Below are positions 61,548 to 64,000 of a DNA stretch of 64,000 nt, piece by piece. The notes under the pieces were generated by a model that worked only from the letters and a program-made list of their open reading frames with translations, was not told the origin of the DNA and ran no database searches. The position numbers were made by a program, and so were the translations under genes. The stretch's first letter is position 1. Every line of letters starts with the position of its first letter. Location: assembly GCA_026416665.1 (NCBI GenBank), contig JAOAET010000051.1, forward strand, positions 11,800 to 75,799, read 5' to 3'. Source of the stretch: Candidatus Omnitrophota bacterium (GTDB lineage: Bacteria > Omnitrophota > Gorgyraeia > Gygaellales > Profunditerraquicolaceae).

Positions 61548-62324
61548 CTAGCTTAATTCTCGGATAATCTTGTCTGCGACAGACTTACCTGCAAGAAGCA
61601 TACCACCGAATATTGGACCCATACGGGGACCTCCAAATACTGCGTTTGCACACATACCACAGACATAAAGCCCAGGACAAACTTTTCGCGAGTGTTTAAC
61701 TATTATTTCTTCGGCGGCGTGCGCCCACATTGGGCCCTCTCCTACTAAACTACCTGTTTTAGTAGCCAATTTAATTGCAGATTTTTTAGCTACAATAGAA
61801 CAAACTTCCGCAGCATGGCCAGTAGCATCTACCACAAATTTGGCACGCACTGTTAAAGGGTCTACATGCAAATTAGCTATTTCTACCGCAGTCCAGTTTA
61901 GAACTAAACCACAGACTCTATTGTTACGCACCAGAACATCCTCTGCACTTATCAAATTAAAAATACGTACCCCTGCATGCACACAAGCAGAGCCGATACT
62001 GGTTACTGCATCAATAGAATCAGCTAAATAATAGCCTTGTTTATATGGTTTGGTTTTTACCCTAAACTCATCTAATATCTTCTTTGCCTGGGTTTGCACA
62101 ACAATTTCATTAAACATCATACCACCGCCCCACATCCCTCCACCAATTGAGAGTTTACGTTCAAATAAAACTACTTTTTTCCCTGCTTTTGCTAAATAAT
62201 AACCACAGACCATCCCTGATGGTCCTGCACCAACAATAGCCACATCGCTTTCTAGAGAATCCTTTAGTTTCTGTGTATAAGATGAAATAATTGCATTTGA
62301 TATTTCTATTTCATCAAGATACAT
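61548..62324 (-). CDS. thi4: Sulfide-dependent adenosine diphosphate thiazole synthase (Thi4)
   Basis: GAGPSG, GGGMWGGG, LHVDP, DATGH, PRMGPIFGGM. Confidence 0.95.
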   Translation of the reverse strand: MYLDEIEISNAIISSYTQKLKDSLESDVAIVGAGPSGMVCGYYLAKAGKKVVLFERKLSIGGGMWGGGMMFNEIVVQTQAKKILDEFRVKTKPYKQGYYLADSIDAVTSIGSACVHAGVRIFNLISAEDVLVRNNRVCGLVLNWTAVEIANLHVDPLTVRAKFVVDATGHAAEVCSIVAKKSAIKLATKTGSLVGEGPMWAHAAEEIIVKHSRKVCPGLYVCGMCANAVFGGPRMGPIFGGMLLAGKSVADKIIRELS

Positions 62325-62380
62325 TTTATCCTCCAGTTATGTTTTTATGATGAACTATATTTTTATTAAAGTTTATCTAT

Positions 62381-63148
62381 CTAAAATATTTCTAATGTTT
62401 TTGTCTGAACCCATCCTGTCTTATTATCTTGTCTTCTTATTTTAACCCAGTTATCTTTTTTGTCTATTATTTTTACTTTCATACCTTCATAAAGAGCAAA
62501 ATATTCTGTTGCTGAAACGATAGGCTCAAAACGAGCTGAGGTCTTCTCTACTATAACTACTGCCTGTTGATTAATACTTCTTTTACTGTTTAACAGCGCT
62601 AACAAGCAGATAACCTCTAGAAGTAAAGTGAAGGTTATTATAAAACCAATATACACACGCAAAGAGGTATTAAATCTAAAGCAGACAACTAAAGTAAGGA
62701 AAATAATAAATAAGATCGAAATTAAAATAGAAAGTGTATCAATACTGAACCTTTCGTTCACAGCCTCAATTAGTCTTGTTACAATGTTTCCAGAAACTTT
62801 CGGCAAATTGCCCTCAACAAAGGAGAGAACATATCTGTAATTATAATCTAAATCTTTATCATTTGGGATGAGTTGTTTTGCTTTCTCATAATTTAAGATG
62901 GCCTTACCCCACATACGTTTTTTGGCATAACAATTACCTAAATTATAGTAGAGATTACCGCTTTCAAGACCTTGTGCAAGTATCCGCTCATAAATGCGAA
63001 TTGCCTCATCGTAATTCTGCTGTTCATAATAAAGGTTTGCTCGTAAAAATAATGAATCGGCATTCTCTTGATTTGCCCAAACTAAGAAGGCACTGTTAAT
63101 AATAACTGCCGACAACCAAAATATCTTTTTAATTTCTTTATGTCTCAT
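62381..63148 (-). CDS. BatE-like TPR / TM / SH3 protein
   Basis: Signal peptide, YYNLGN TPR, two TMs, C-terminal SH3b (W......GWV). Confidence 0.8.
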   Translation of the reverse strand: MRHKEIKKIFWLSAVIINSAFLVWANQENADSLFLRANLYYEQQNYDEAIRIYERILAQGLESGNLYYNLGNCYAKKRMWGKAILNYEKAKQLIPNDKDLDYNYRYVLSFVEGNLPKVSGNIVTRLIEAVNERFSIDTLSILISILFIIFLTLVVCFRFNTSLRVYIGFIITFTLLLEVICLLALLNSKRSINQQAVVIVEKTSARFEPIVSATEYFALYEGMKVKIIDKKDNWVKIRRQDNKTGWVQTKTLEIF

Positions 63149-63999
63149 CTCTTTGCTTCAAAATAGGTAATAATTTCTTTAAGTTGTTTTAATAAATCTT
63201 GCATATGTTCAGAATTGGCCTCTAAAGGTGCATAACGCACTTTCTCACACTGCTCATAAATATTTCTTATTTTTGCTAAAATTTCCTGTGTAATACCATT
63301 TTGTAAAGCAAAACTCTCAAAGATATCTAAAGTTAAACTTGCTGCCTTTAAATGGAAACGGTCAGCAAGATATTCTCTGAGGGTATTAAAAATAGCATCA
63401 AAGAACTGCTGATTCTGTCTCTTACGAACATAGGCTTCTAATTCTTTTATTCTACGGCGTGCCCTTAAAGGTGCCTGTAAACGCCGGGCAAATTGTTCAT
63501 CTTGACTTAAACGTTGCCTAAAGGAAAGCAAGATAAAAGTAATTACAAAAGAAATAAAAATAATAATATTAAATAGCCAGTAACCAAAAGTCTGGTATAA
63601 ATATAAACCTCTTTTTCTCCATTTACCTGAAGAAGTTTTAATATAAAGTATATCTTTACCCAGTGTCTCCTGTTTTTTTATCTGAGGTTCAGGGACATTT
63701 GCGTCAACGACTTGGACTTTCTGTTCCTCTGATTTTAAAACTGTAATAGGTATAGCAGGATTACGAATTTCTTGATAGGTTTGGGTTCGTGGGTTAAAGA
63801 AACTAAAGGTAATCTCAGGGAGGTTGGTCACTCTCTCAGATAAAGGAATAAAAACCTGCTCAAATATCTTTGAATCTTTTTCTTTTCTAACTTGGGGTGG
63901 ATAAACTTTAAAACCCTCTTCTGAGACAGGTTGTGGTGCTTTTACTGTATCTAAATTTCCTTCACCTTTGACAACGATAGTAACCGTTATAGGGTCACC
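63145..63999 (-). CDS. BatD-like protein, C-terminal part (5' end outside window)
   Basis: Frame open to the window edge: GDPITVTIVVKGEGNL...FSFFNP...Y; TM then helical C-terminal domain; upstream of BatE-like gene. Confidence 0.8.
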   Translation of the reverse strand, partial: GDPITVTIVVKGEGNLDTVKAPQPVSEEGFKVYPPQVRKEKDSKIFEQVFIPLSERVTNLPEITFSFFNPRTQTYQEIRNPAIPITVLKSEEQKVQVVDANVPEPQIKKQETLGKDILYIKTSSGKWRKRGLYLYQTFGYWLFNIIIFISFVITFILLSFRQRLSQDEQFARRLQAPLRARRRIKELEAYVRKRQNQQFFDAIFNTLREYLADRFHLKAASLTLDIFESFALQNGITQEILAKIRNIYEQCEKVRYAPLEANSEHMQDLLKQLKEIITYFEAKR

Positions 64000-64000
64000 T

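Noticed and set aside
1-64000. CRISPR array, rRNA, prophage, integrase or stop-codon recoding
   Set aside because: No spaced repeats, rRNA or phage genes seen; housekeeping genes are full length under code 11 and use all three stops.

Overview
Bacterial chromosomal window, AT-rich (roughly 35-37% GC by eye), standard genetic code 11, almost entirely coded on the minus strand. The organism is diderm (LptFG, LolDE, MlaDEF, PagL-like protein) but carries McsA/McsB/ClpC and a Firmicute-like housekeeping gene order; this fits a PVC-related lineage such as Ca. Omnitrophota (inference only). From the right end: batD/batE, thi4, DUF4126, a Spy/CpxP-like gene, then a ~26 kb co-oriented housekeeping run (lysS-lolE-lolD-ilvE-mcsA-mcsB-clpC-mlaEFD-radA-PIN/TRAM-ispDF-cysE-cysS-tmk-holB-PSP1-metG-tatD-TPR-mtnA-thiL-tsaE-tsaB-alr). 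Next come comF-lptFG (+), pyrE-HI0933-Maf/M48 fusion-glycoside hydrolase-PagL-CDF, tRNA-Leu, AEC transporter-smpB-tmRNA-amidase-murI-queDCEF-split fumarase-histidine kinase-diguanylate cyclase-rph-rdgB, and tRNA-Pro/Arg/His. Downstream of tRNA-His lies an accessory-looking region with an IS1595 remnant and a co-oriented cluster: PflX-like radical SAM, SagB-type flavoprotein, PIMT-M28 peptidase fusion, alpha/beta hydrolase, acyl-AMP ligase-ACP-acyltransferase and a P-type ATPase. The most notable items are that cluster and its PIMT-M28 fusion, the Maf-M48 fusion with an internal lipoprotein signal, and an unusually long tmRNA tag ending FAFAN. All product calls come from motif recognition by eye; no database search was run.
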